Assembly: GCF_000008465.1 (NCBI RefSeq)
Contig: NC_006512.1
Coordinates: 1,770,001-1,802,000, forward strand
Source: Idiomarina loihiensis L2TR
Lineage (GTDB): Bacteria > Pseudomonadota > Gammaproteobacteria > Enterobacterales > Alteromonadaceae
Reading direction: 5' to 3'
Length of the DNA: 32,000 nt
The stretch's first letter is position 1, and each line of letters opens with the position of its first letter. The notes beneath the pieces are model-generated. The model was not told the DNA's origin, ran no database searches, and was given only the letters and a program-made list of their open reading frames with translations. Below are positions 17,231 through 25,586 of this stretch, one piece after another. Both the position numbers and the translations under genes were made by a program.

Positions 17231-19035
17231 TATTTATCTCCCACAGGAACATATGACTGCGTCGCAAATTCTTGCGGACGCTTCAAAACCTCCTGCTCTC
17301 TGGCATAATCCACCAGCGACTGGGCATAGTCTATTCCGGTATTACGGGCACGTCCGCGCTCACTAACACGGTAAAAGGTGTCATAACCGTCCTGACCGCC
17401 TGCAATAAAGCTGTTTGTCACCATCACGTAGGTTGCTCTGGCGGTCATTGGCTGCCAACTGCTGCTGCCTTTATCCCACACTTGCAGGTTAGACACACGA
17501 CTGCCTTTTTCTTTGGTTAAGTCCACCGAATAACGAATACCGGCACCATAGGGATAAGCTCGGGTTGAGCCGCCATCAGAAATGGAATAGGCCAGTGCTT
17601 CTTCCATTGCCTGTTTGAACTCAGAGCCGCTCAGTTCTAGCTTAACCAGGGTATTCGCAAAAGGCAGTACATTGAAAGCGTCGCCCACGGTAAAGTCCCC
17701 CTGACTAATACCAGAGCGGACACCACCACCATTTTGAATAGCAAAGTCGGCTTCCGGCACTGAGTTCAGGAAAGCTTCAGCAACCAGACGATGAGCACCA
17801 GAACTCATAATGTCAGCACAACCATCGCGTCTCGGCAAGTCAATTTCCTGACTGCAAATTTGCTGTGGCGCCTGCGCCAGCACTTCGGCAGAAAACTCTT
17901 CAACTTTGCCTTGATACTCCTGCAACATGCTTTGCAGCTCAGCGTCAGGTTCAACAAAGCTGAAGACTTCACTTTCTTCCAGTGCGGTTTTAATCGGCTC
18001 GTAAGTTGTCACAATGCCGTCGCTGACCTGAATGTCTTCACTCAGAAGATAATGCGGACGCCCGCCGCACTCTGCAATTTTGTCACCTTCAAATACGGCC
18101 TGCATCTCGCCAACTACCAATGAATATTGATAAGCATGGCCAATACAAACTTTGTCGCCGTCGGCATTGGTCAGTTCGGTTGGATAAGGCCCGTCAGACT
18201 CCATACCAAAATCACTGAAATCGCCTAACAGCGTATGCGAATCACCACCAATAACAATATCCACGCCTGGCAACTGCTGCACCAGCTCTTTGTCCCGCTC
18301 GTATTGAATGTGCGTCAGCAGCACTATTTTCTCGATACCCTGCTGTTGAACTTCCGCGATATACTTGCGCGCCGTTTCCAACTCGTCTAAAAACTCAGTG
18401 GATTCATCAGGCTGCGATGACTTTTTGGTTTTACTGGCAATATCCAGACCTATAATGGCTATTTCTTCACCGCCACGTTCGACTATTGTGTAGGGCTGAA
18501 ACATTTGCCATTCGCGGTCGGGGGTTAGAGCCGACTGCCCAACTTTTGGCTTAATATTTGCTCCAAGCTTCACGGTAGGACAGCTTTTGGTCCCCAATTC
18601 CTGCAGGAACTCGGCCAGTCCGGCATCGCCAGTATCAAACTCATGGTTACCAATAGTGAAGGCATCGAAACAAATGTTGTTCATCATGCGGGCGTCGGCT
18701 TCACTACCAAACAAGGTGAAATATAAGCTGCCTGTCAGGGCATCACCGGCATGCAATGTCAGTACATTTTCGTTAGCCGCGCGTAGCTTTTTGATTTGCG
18801 CGCCAACACGAGGGAAACCGCCGGCTTCCACTTGCCACTCCTGCTCTCCCCACACTAAGGTTTGCCGCTTGGCATCCAAATTAGAGTGGTGGTCGTCAAT
18901 GTGCAGCAACGTCAATCGAAACTCATTGCTTTCAGGCTCCTGCGGAGCAGATGCGCAACTGATTAATAATGCAGAAACAGTGACAGCAGCCACACCCCGA
19001 ACTATGCGTTTTAGATTAAACTCGCCTGTTTTCAC
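17230..19035 (-). CDS. Bifunctional metallophosphatase/5'-nucleotidase lipoprotein (UshA/NadN-like)
   Basis: It has a lipobox signal peptide (VSALLISC|AS), metallophosphatase motifs (LLHIDDHHS, GDALTG, GNHEFD, GGDSH) and a 5'-nucleotidase C-terminal domain. It starts at GTG with an AAGGAA SD that overlaps the stop of the upstream oxygenase gene. Confidence 0.85.
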   Translation of the reverse strand: MKTGEFNLKRIVRGVAAVTVSALLISCASAPQEPESNEFRLTLLHIDDHHSNLDAKRQTLVWGEQEWQVEAGGFPRVGAQIKKLRAANENVLTLHAGDALTGSLYFTLFGSEADARMMNNICFDAFTIGNHEFDTGDAGLAEFLQELGTKSCPTVKLGANIKPKVGQSALTPDREWQMFQPYTIVERGGEEIAIIGLDIASKTKKSSQPDESTEFLDELETARKYIAEVQQQGIEKIVLLTHIQYERDKELVQQLPGVDIVIGGDSHTLLGDFSDFGMESDGPYPTELTNADGDKVCIGHAYQYSLVVGEMQAVFEGDKIAECGGRPHYLLSEDIQVSDGIVTTYEPIKTALEESEVFSFVEPDAELQSMLQEYQGKVEEFSAEVLAQAPQQICSQEIDLPRRDGCADIMSSGAHRLVAEAFLNSVPEADFAIQNGGGVRSGISQGDFTVGDAFNVLPFANTLVKLELSGSEFKQAMEEALAYSISDGGSTRAYPYGAGIRYSVDLTKEKGSRVSNLQVWDKGSSSWQPMTARATYVMVTNSFIAGGQDGYDTFYRVSERGRARNTGIDYAQSLVDYAREQEVLKRPQEFATQSYVPVGDK

Positions 19036-19047
19036 CAGCTGTTCCTT

Positions 19048-19983
19048 TTAGTCTTTTATCAAACCAATTTCACGTAAGCGCTGCATTAGATAGTCATCAG
19101 CTGTAATAGGTTCATCTCGCTGAGGATTTTCATCTGAAATACAGCTTTCCAGCGGCGTGATCATCACATCCGGATTAAAATGTAAAAAGAAAGGTATTGA
19201 GTAACGCGACTTTTCATTAAATGGTGCCGGAGGATTAACCACCCGATGCGTTGTCGATGGCAGCACATGATTCGTTAAGCGCTGCAGCATGTCACCCACG
19301 TTACAAATAATAGCACCTTCAATAATCGTTACCGGCACCCAGGTGCCGTCTTTCGCCAGCACTTCCAACCCCGGTTCTCGCGACCCCACCAGGAGCGTCA
19401 GAACGTTGATGTCTTCATGCGCACCAGCACGAACCGATGGCGTATCTTCATCAATAATAGGTGGATAGTGTAAAGGCCGCAAAATTGAATTGCCGTTATT
19501 CACTTTGTTGCGGAAAAAGTCTTTCGGCTGCCCCAGATAAACGGACAGAGCTTCCAGCACCTGATTACCTAAGTTATCCAATGCTGCGTAAATAGCCAGC
19601 ATATCGTCTTTAAATTTAGGCAGCTCTTGTGGCCAGACGTTTGGCAATAGTTGTGGGTATGCGGGCTCCCCTTCAACTTCACGACCCACATGCCAAAACT
19701 CTTTTAAGTCGACATGTTTCGCGTCTTTAGCCACTTCAGTACCAAAGGGCGTGTAGCCTCTGGCACCGCCCTGACCCGGGCGGTGATATTGTTTTTTTAC
19801 ATCTTCAGGTAATGCAAACAATTCACGACAGGTATCCAGTGCCCGTTCAATAAGCGCAGTATCGACGCCGTGCTGGGTTAAGGCAATAAAACCGTATTTT
19901 TCGTAACCATTACCGACATCTTGAGTAAAAGCATCAAAATCATTCTGATAACGGCGCATATCAACGTGCGGGATAGACTGCAT
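19048..19983 (-). CDS. 2-oxoglutarate/Fe(II)-dependent oxygenase, isopenicillin N synthase-like family
   Basis: It has the HxD...H facial triad context (GAHEDINVLTLL ... STTHRVVNP) and an RxS motif (SRYSIPFF). I prefer the ATG at 19983 (MQSIPHVD...). The track start at 19995 is TTG. Confidence 0.8.
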   Translation of the reverse strand: MQSIPHVDMRRYQNDFDAFTQDVGNGYEKYGFIALTQHGVDTALIERALDTCRELFALPEDVKKQYHRPGQGGARGYTPFGTEVAKDAKHVDLKEFWHVGREVEGEPAYPQLLPNVWPQELPKFKDDMLAIYAALDNLGNQVLEALSVYLGQPKDFFRNKVNNGNSILRPLHYPPIIDEDTPSVRAGAHEDINVLTLLVGSREPGLEVLAKDGTWVPVTIIEGAIICNVGDMLQRLTNHVLPSTTHRVVNPPAPFNEKSRYSIPFFLHFNPDVMITPLESCISDENPQRDEPITADDYLMQRLREIGLIKD

Positions 19984-20049
19984 GGTGAATTCCAACTTCC
20001 TGAAAGAGCTTAGTGAATAGGCCGTTATTGTATGAATTTTCGGGTTAAA

Positions 20050-20619
20050 TCACAAGTTAGCAAGGAGCCGCTTAACCGGGTTAAAACCTTTACGGTGTAT
20101 AGGACAAGGCCCGTGTTTTTCCAATAACTCCAAGTGTTTGGGAGTACCATAAGCCTTGTGTTTATCGAATTCATACTGTGGGTACAATTCATGCCACTTT
20201 AGCATCTGTCTGTCCCGCTCCACTTTCGCTAAAATTGAAGCAGCAGCAATGCATTGTTCGCTGGCATCGCCGCCAACAATGGCTTTTGCCGGAACCTTCA
20301 ACTCCGGAACCCGGTTACCGTCCACCAGCACCATATCGGGTTTTACCGGAAGCGCTTCCACAGCTCGCTGCATGGCTTTCATCGACGCCCAGAGAATATT
20401 AATGGCTTCTATTTCGTCGGGGTCAGACTGAGCAATAGCCCAGTAAAGTGCCTTTTCTTTTATTTCCAGACTCAGTTTTTCACGCTTCTTCTCGCTCAGT
20501 TTTTTTGAGTCGTTAAGCCCTTCAATGGGATTGTCCGGATCTAAAATGACAGCCGCTGCCACAACCGGCCCGGCAATAGGCCCACGACCCGCTTCATCTG
20601 TACCACAAATCATTGACAC
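20050..20619 (-). CDS. rnhB: Ribonuclease HII
   Basis: Motifs [40 protein letters not shown] and [10 protein letters not shown] are colinear with E. coli RnhB. The start is uncertain. GTG 20619 has AAGGTGA 5 nt upstream. Alternatives are ATG 20613, GTG 20646 and ATG 20676. The track start at 20748 would overlap the divergent AbgT gene. Confidence 0.88.
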   Translation of the reverse strand: MSMICGTDEAGRGPIAGPVVAAAVILDPDNPIEGLNDSKKLSEKKREKLSLEIKEKALYWAIAQSDPDEIEAINILWASMKAMQRAVEALPVKPDMVLVDGNRVPELKVPAKAIVGGDASEQCIAAASILAKVERDRQMLKWHELYPQYEFDKHKAYGTPKHLELLEKHGPCPIHRKGFNPVKRLLANL

Positions 20620-20715
20620 TTTTTCACCTTGTTCGCTTTGTTCCACCTTACAATAATGGTTATGATACCTGCGCATAATAATTAGACCAATAAAATAACA
20701 ACCAGGGGTTTCACC

Positions 20716-22288
20716 ATGGCTCAATCTCCACAACCAGACCGTTCGCAAAAGGATAAGCCAGACAGTCTGTTAAATCGCCTTCTAGATGGCGTTGAAAAGG
20801 TCGGTAATAAACTGCCCGATCCGGCCGTCATGTTCTTTGGCTTATTAATCATTGTCTGGGTAATGTCGTGGCTGTTGTCCGGCGTGAGTTTTGATGAGAA
20901 ACACCCGCTTACGGGTGACTCTATTGGCGTAATCAACTTATTAAGCGGCACCGAATTTGCGGCTTTTCTTGCCAATATGGTTGATACCTTTATGGGTTTT
21001 GCGCCCCCTGGGGGTTGTGCTGGTCGCTATGCTGGGTGTCGGTGTAGCCGAACGCTCGGGCTTTATTAATGTTGCCATAAAACTCATGTTGAACGTTACG
21101 CCGAAAATGTTGCTGACGCCGGTTTTGATTCTGGTTGCTATAGTCAGTCATACGGCAGTTGATGCCGGCTACGTTCTGGTTATTCCTTTAGGCGGTGTTA
21201 TTTTCTACGCGGCCGGCAGACATCCGCTGGCGGGTATTGCTGCAGCCTTTGCTGGTGTTTCCGGCGGCTTCAGTGCCAACTTCGTACCTTCGGCAATAGA
21301 CCCATTACTGCAGGGCTTTACTGAAAGTGCCGCGCAAATTATTGACGCCGACATGCAGTTGAATCCGCTGAACAACTATTACTTTACAGCCGCTTCGTCA
21401 ATTGTCGTCGTTGCTATTGGCTGGTTCCTGACGGACAAAGTGGTTGAGCCCCGTTTACGTGGTGCCGAAATTGATGGTGACGCCGAAGATATGCCTGCGC
21501 TAGACGAAGTCTCCCCACGTGACCGCAAAGCGTTTTATGCTGGTGTAATCACCATGGCCGTAGGTTTGACTCTGTTATATTTCTCAGCAACGGCTGAAAA
21601 TACTCCTTTGGCTGACCCGACAACCGGTGAATTGGCATCTTACTCAGCACCTCTTATGGGTATGATTGTACCGCTCATTTTCTTGCTGTTTATTATTCCG
21701 GGCATTGTTCACGGCTATGTTTCCGGTAACTTTACCAACTCGCAGGACGTTATCGGCGCAATGACTAAGTCAATGGAAGGCATGGCCTACTATATGGTTA
21801 TGGCGTTCTTCTGTGCCTTATTCATAAAAGCGTTCGGAGACTCACAACTCGGCACGTTAATTTCCGTAAAAGGGGCTAACTTCCTGGCCAGCTTAGAGCT
21901 GTCCGGTGGAGTCACTATGGTGGGAATTGTGTTTCTGGTAGCTTTCATTAACTTATTTGTGGGTTCAGCATCGGCAAAATGGGCACTAATATCCCCTATT
22001 TTCGTTCCTATGCTAATGCAGTTAGGCTATTCACCCGACTTAACTCAGGCGGCGTATCGTGTAGGTGATTCATCCAGTAATATTATTACGCCGTTGTTGC
22101 CTTACTTCCCGCTGGTCGTTCTTTATTGTCAGCGTTATGTTAAAGGCACAGGTATAGGTACTTTAGTGGCAATGATGCTGCCCTATACTGTAGCGCTCTT
22201 AATACTATGGTCTGCCTTCCTTATTCTCTACTGGACTCTTGGCTTTCCTCTGGGTATCCAGGCAAATTACGTTTACCCTGCGGGCTAA
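20716..22288 (+). pseudogene. AbgT family transporter interrupted by a +1-nt frameshift in a C5 run (or a recoded or mis-sequenced gene)
   Basis: Track ORFs 20716-21069 and 20957-22288 together cover a full AbgT protein. Frame 1 reads ...DTFMGFAP and frame 2 continues LGVVLVAMLGVGVAERSG..., which matches paralog 14454-16022 (FTGFTPLGTVLVALLGVGVAERSG). The switch point is CCCCC at 21004-21008, and four Cs would restore the frame. Confidence 0.8.
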
Positions 22289-22309
22289 ATATCTGAATTT
22301 AAACTCGTA

Positions 22310-22349
22310 TGAAAAACCAGTGAGTCACCTTAAGAAAGGTGGCTCACTG
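22310..22349 (-). terminator. Rho-independent terminator of the MCP gene; possibly bidirectional, also serving the convergent AbgT gene
   Basis: CAGTGAGTCACC (22318-22329) pairs with GGTGGCTCACTG (22338-22349) at 11 of 12 positions. On the minus strand the stem is followed by GTTTTTCAT. The stem overlaps the last MCP codons. Confidence 0.55.
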
Positions 22350-23625
22350 CATTTACGACATTCGTCGCACCTTCGTCTATCTCTTCTATCAAGTTTTTCA
22401 CTTTTTCAATTTGCTCTTTGCTCAGTTCTGCCATCTTTTGAATATCATCTATCGATGTCGATATCGCATGCGAGACTTCAGAGCTGCGTTCCATAACTCC
22501 GGAAATTTGACTGGTTGCCTGTGTCGTCCGTGACGCTAAGTTTCTTACTTCATCTGCAACAACGGCGAATCCCCGTCCGTGTTCTCCGGCTCTGGCCGCC
22601 TCAATAGCTGCGTTCAACGCCAATAAATTCGTTTGGTCTGCCAGACCATTAATCGTTTTCACAATATCCTCGATATTGCGAGCCTGCTCATGAAGCTGTT
22701 CAATAACTTCATCTGTTTTATTACTTTTAGACAAAATCTCATTCGAGGTTTCTACAGAAACCTCTATCGAGGCTTTTCCATCTCTGACAATAGCAGCCGT
22801 TTGCTTTGAGGTAGAATAAGCCACTGCAGCAGCTTCCGCAGTTTGCTGAGCTTTCACCACGCTGGCCGTTACGTCACTGGCGAATTTAATAACTTTTGTC
22901 ACCTGCCCATTCTCATCAAAAATGGGGTTGTAGCTGGCTTCAAGCCAAATCGCCTCTCCATGCTTACTCAGCCGTTTAAATTGCCCTGTTTTAAACTGGC
23001 CGTTACTCAGTTCTTTCCAAAAGCTGGGGTTTTCATCATAAAACGCCTGTTCACAAAACATGCTGTGATGGCGCCCTTTAATTTCATCTGCACGGTAACC
23101 TATTGTGTCTAAAAAGTTCTTATTGGCACGAATAATCTCGCCCGATGGAGAAAACTCTATTGTTGCCATAGACTTATCAATTGCAGTACTAACAGCGACC
23201 TGATGTTCTAACTCCAGAACTTCGCGAGTCACATCTTTCGCTATTTTAGTTATATATTCGACCAGCCCCTCCGAGTTTTTAATCGGAAAATAAGAAGCCT
23301 CCAGCCAGACAACATCGCCATTATTACGGAATCGCTTAAAACGGCCATGGTGAGACTGCCCCTGAGCCAATTGCTTCCAAAAGTTCTGGTACTCTGCGCT
23401 TGTCGCATAGTTGTTATCGCAAAAGATTTTATGGTGCTTGGACACTATCTCGTCAAGCCGATAACCCATGGTTTCCAAAAACAGGTTATTGGCATTTAAG
23501 ATGTCACCTTGAGGGGTAAAATCAATTCGGGCGATATTACCGTCAATGGCGTTTATCAGTTGCTCGTATTCACTCAGCTCTTTACTGGTTTGTGCAAGCT
23601 GATACTTCTTTTTTGAGCCAAACAT
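22330..23625 (-). CDS. Soluble methyl-accepting chemotaxis protein with two N-terminal PAS domains and a short signalling domain
   Basis: No TM segment is present. Two PAS repeats are seen ([25 protein letters not shown]... and [25 protein letters not shown]...). The conserved MCP hairpin tip [38 protein letters not shown] is present. Confidence 0.85.
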   Translation of the reverse strand: MFGSKKKYQLAQTSKELSEYEQLINAIDGNIARIDFTPQGDILNANNLFLETMGYRLDEIVSKHHKIFCDNNYATSAEYQNFWKQLAQGQSHHGRFKRFRNNGDVVWLEASYFPIKNSEGLVEYITKIAKDVTREVLELEHQVAVSTAIDKSMATIEFSPSGEIIRANKNFLDTIGYRADEIKGRHHSMFCEQAFYDENPSFWKELSNGQFKTGQFKRLSKHGEAIWLEASYNPIFDENGQVTKVIKFASDVTASVVKAQQTAEAAAVAYSTSKQTAAIVRDGKASIEVSVETSNEILSKSNKTDEVIEQLHEQARNIEDIVKTINGLADQTNLLALNAAIEAARAGEHGRGFAVVADEVRNLASRTTQATSQISGVMERSSEVSHAISTSIDDIQKMAELSKEQIEKVKNLIEEIDEGATNVVNAVSHLS

Positions 23626-23634
23626 GGGGCTTTC

Positions 23635-23660
23635 CTACTCATAATAAATATTATGAGTAG
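23635..23660. promoter_or_regulatory. Perfect 12-bp-arm palindrome immediately upstream of the MCP start codon (operator or 5'-leader hairpin touching the SD)
   Basis: The sequence is CTACTCATAATA-aa-TATTATGAGTAG. On the mRNA strand the 3' arm ends in GUAG, which overlaps the AGGAAA SD 9 nt before the AUG. Confidence 0.35.
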
Positions 23661-23663
23661 ATA

Positions 23664-23698
23664 CGCTCAGCAAAATGATTCAGGATCATTTGTGAGCG
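23664..23698. terminator. Compound hairpin in the VOC-MCP spacer; possible VOC gene terminator, orientation ambiguous
   Basis: The outer stem is CGCTCA (23664-23669) with TGAGCG (23693-23698). The inner stem is AAATGAT (23673-23679) with ATCATTT (23685-23691). The T-run (TTTTATT) follows on the + strand, not on the VOC strand. Confidence 0.25.
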
Positions 23699-23767
23699 TT
23701 TTATTGAGTGGAAATTCAGATAAATTGAAATATATCAATGACTCGCTGATGGGATTTCTTACTTCTG

Positions 23768-24181
23768 CTAAGCACTCCAGGCAGGATTCCAGGTTACTTC
23801 CCAAATATGTCCGTCTGGATCTTTGAAGAAACCACCGTAGCCACCCCAAAACAAGTCCTTTGCGGGTTTAAGAATATCGGCCCCTGCCCGTTCGGCTTCC
23901 ACCATAACGTCGTCAACCGCAGTGCGCGACTTGACGTTATGGCTTAACAACACTTCATTTGCTGCACGAGCAACTTCAACGCCCATTTCTGCAGCAATAC
24001 TCTTACGTGGCCATAAAGCCAGTCTGAGCCCACTGGGTAGCTTAAAGAACACGACAGCACCATGCTCAAACTCTTCACCAATAATGCCATCGGTTTCCCA
24101 ACCCAGGCCGTCCTGATAAAACGCCAATGAACGTTTCAGATCATCAACACCTAAAGTGATCACACTAATACTGGGGTTCAT
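23768..24181 (-). CDS. VOC family protein (glyoxalase/bleomycin resistance/dioxygenase fold)
   Basis: The 137-aa product has VOC-like beta-alpha-beta-beta-beta motifs (ITLGVDDLKRSLAFYQDGLGW ... FFKDPDGHIWEV). Confidence 0.8.
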   Translation of the reverse strand: MNPSISVITLGVDDLKRSLAFYQDGLGWETDGIIGEEFEHGAVVFFKLPSGLRLALWPRKSIAAEMGVEVARAANEVLLSHNVKSRTAVDDVMVEAERAGADILKPAKDLFWGGYGGFFKDPDGHIWEVTWNPAWSA

Positions 24182-24212
24182 AGAACATCTTCACGGTTAA
24201 CGCTAAACTCTT

Positions 24213-24231
24213 GCTATGTACTCTACATAGC
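24213..24231. promoter_or_regulatory. 8-bp-arm palindrome in the divergent VOC/DUF3293 promoter region (candidate operator)
   Basis: The sequence is GCTATGTA-ctc-TACATAGC. It lies 21 bp upstream of the DUF3293 ATG and 32 bp upstream of the VOC ATG. Confidence 0.25.
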
Positions 24232-24251
24232 ATCGATACTCGGGTCAAAGC

Positions 24252-24665
24252 ATGGATAAAGAGCTGCTAAACAACTATAAAAATACGGATTATTGGTTCG
24301 CAGTTGGGAAAAAGGCAATCACTTTGACTATAGGTCAAAAGAATAATGACTTTGACCGTTTATGCGAGCGCCTTGGTCAAACTACAGGCACCTTTATCAC
24401 AGCCTTTAACCCACAAAGCCAACTGCTTACAAAGAGCGAAAATAAAAGCAGAAACGAGCAATTAGTGACTCGTTTAGAACAAATGAATGAAATTCACTGT
24501 TTTTCAGGAGAAGGTCAGGACCGCGACAAGCAATGGCCGCCGGAAGCCAGTTTTATGGTCTTAGGCCTCAAGAAAAAAACAGCCATTGACCTGGCACGAG
24601 AGTACCAGCAAAATGCGCTGGTCTGGATTGAATACCAACAAGCTGCAGTACTCATCGACGTATGA
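24252..24665 (+). CDS. DUF3293 domain-containing protein
   Basis: The 137-aa product has a pattern I recall from DUF3293: Y..T.Y...(ITL), FITAFNPQS..L....N..R...L, WPPEASF.VLG and YQQNALVW. The family assignment is from memory only. Confidence 0.6.
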   Translation: MDKELLNNYKNTDYWFAVGKKAITLTIGQKNNDFDRLCERLGQTTGTFITAFNPQSQLLTKSENKSRNEQLVTRLEQMNEIHCFSGEGQDRDKQWPPEASFMVLGLKKKTAIDLAREYQQNALVWIEYQQAAVLIDV

Positions 24666-24752
24666 GTTAAGGGGTCACCATGCCATCACACCATAGCCGC
24701 TGATAAACAAGCCTTTATTTATGCGATCATCGCCGTACTTTTATGGTCAACG

Positions 24753-25586
24753 GTGGCTACCGCATTCAAAATAACCCTGCAGTACATGACCCCATTGCAG
24801 ATGGTTACTGCTGCCAGTAGTGTTTCTTTTGTCATTTTAGGCCTGGTCTGCCTTATTCAGAAAAAGACCGGTGAACTGATACTTGAGCTACGTAAAATGC
24901 CCTTGTATTACCTGCTCATGGGACTTATTAATCCGCTTATTTACTATCTGGTGCTTTTTCAGGCATATAAACTGCTGCCAGCCTCCGAAGCTCAACCACT
25001 TAATTACACCTGGGCCATTGCCCTTAGCATTATGGCCGCTCTGTTTTTAAAACAAAGCATACGCCGTCGCGACTGGGTAGCCTGCGCCTTAGGTTATTTT
25101 GGAGTGCTGGTTATTGCCACACGAGGTAATGTGCTGGAGCTTAGTTTCAGCGACCCCTGGGGCGTTACACTGGCGTTAATTTCCACTTTCTTGTGGGCTG
25201 GCTACTGGATCCTGAATACACGCCGTAACGCCGACTCTGTTGTTAGCTTAGTACTTTCTTTCGGCTTAGCCTTACCCATACTTATTGTCGCCAGCTTCAT
25301 ATGGAGTGACTGGTCTGCAATACCCTGGCAAGGCTGGGCAGCGGTAAGCTACGTAGGCTTATTTGAAATGGGAATAACCTTCCTATTCTGGTTGAAAGCC
25401 ATGAAAACAGCCACCAATACGGCACTTATCAGCAACTTAATTTTTATTTCGCCCTTTATCTCGCTGTTGCTGCTCTCGGTCGTGATTGGCGAAACCATTT
25501 ATCCAAGTACGCTAGTTGGGCTTATGCTTATTATTTTCGGACTGTTAGTTCAACGTATTCACTTTCGGCGTAAGCTTAAGCCATAG
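24753..25586 (+). CDS. DMT superfamily (EamA-like) transporter; the 5' end is apparently frameshifted, and a likely true initiation site at ATG 24680 is out of frame
   Basis: The protein is a 10-TM EamA-type protein. The only canonical in-frame start (GTG 24753) cuts TM1. The in-frame upstream codons read ...AADKQAFIYAIIAVLLWST, a typical EamA TM1, but contain no start codon. An excellent AAGGGG-N5-ATG lies at 24669-24682 in the -1 frame and stops after 7 codons. Confidence 0.75.
   Translation: MATAFKITLQYMTPLQMVTAASSVSFVILGLVCLIQKKTGELILELRKMPLYYLLMGLINPLIYYLVLFQAYKLLPASEAQPLNYTWAIALSIMAALFLKQSIRRRDWVACALGYFGVLVIATRGNVLELSFSDPWGVTLALISTFLWAGYWILNTRRNADSVVSLVLSFGLALPILIVASFIWSDWSAIPWQGWAAVSYVGLFEMGITFLFWLKAMKTATNTALISNLIFISPFISLLLLSVVIGETIYPSTLVGLMLIIFGLLVQRIHFRRKLKP

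Noticed and set aside
20716-22288. Treating 20716-21069 and 20957-22288 as two independent genes
   Set aside because: Neither piece is a complete AbgT fold, they overlap in different frames exactly at a homopolymer, and together they are colinear with the intact paralog.
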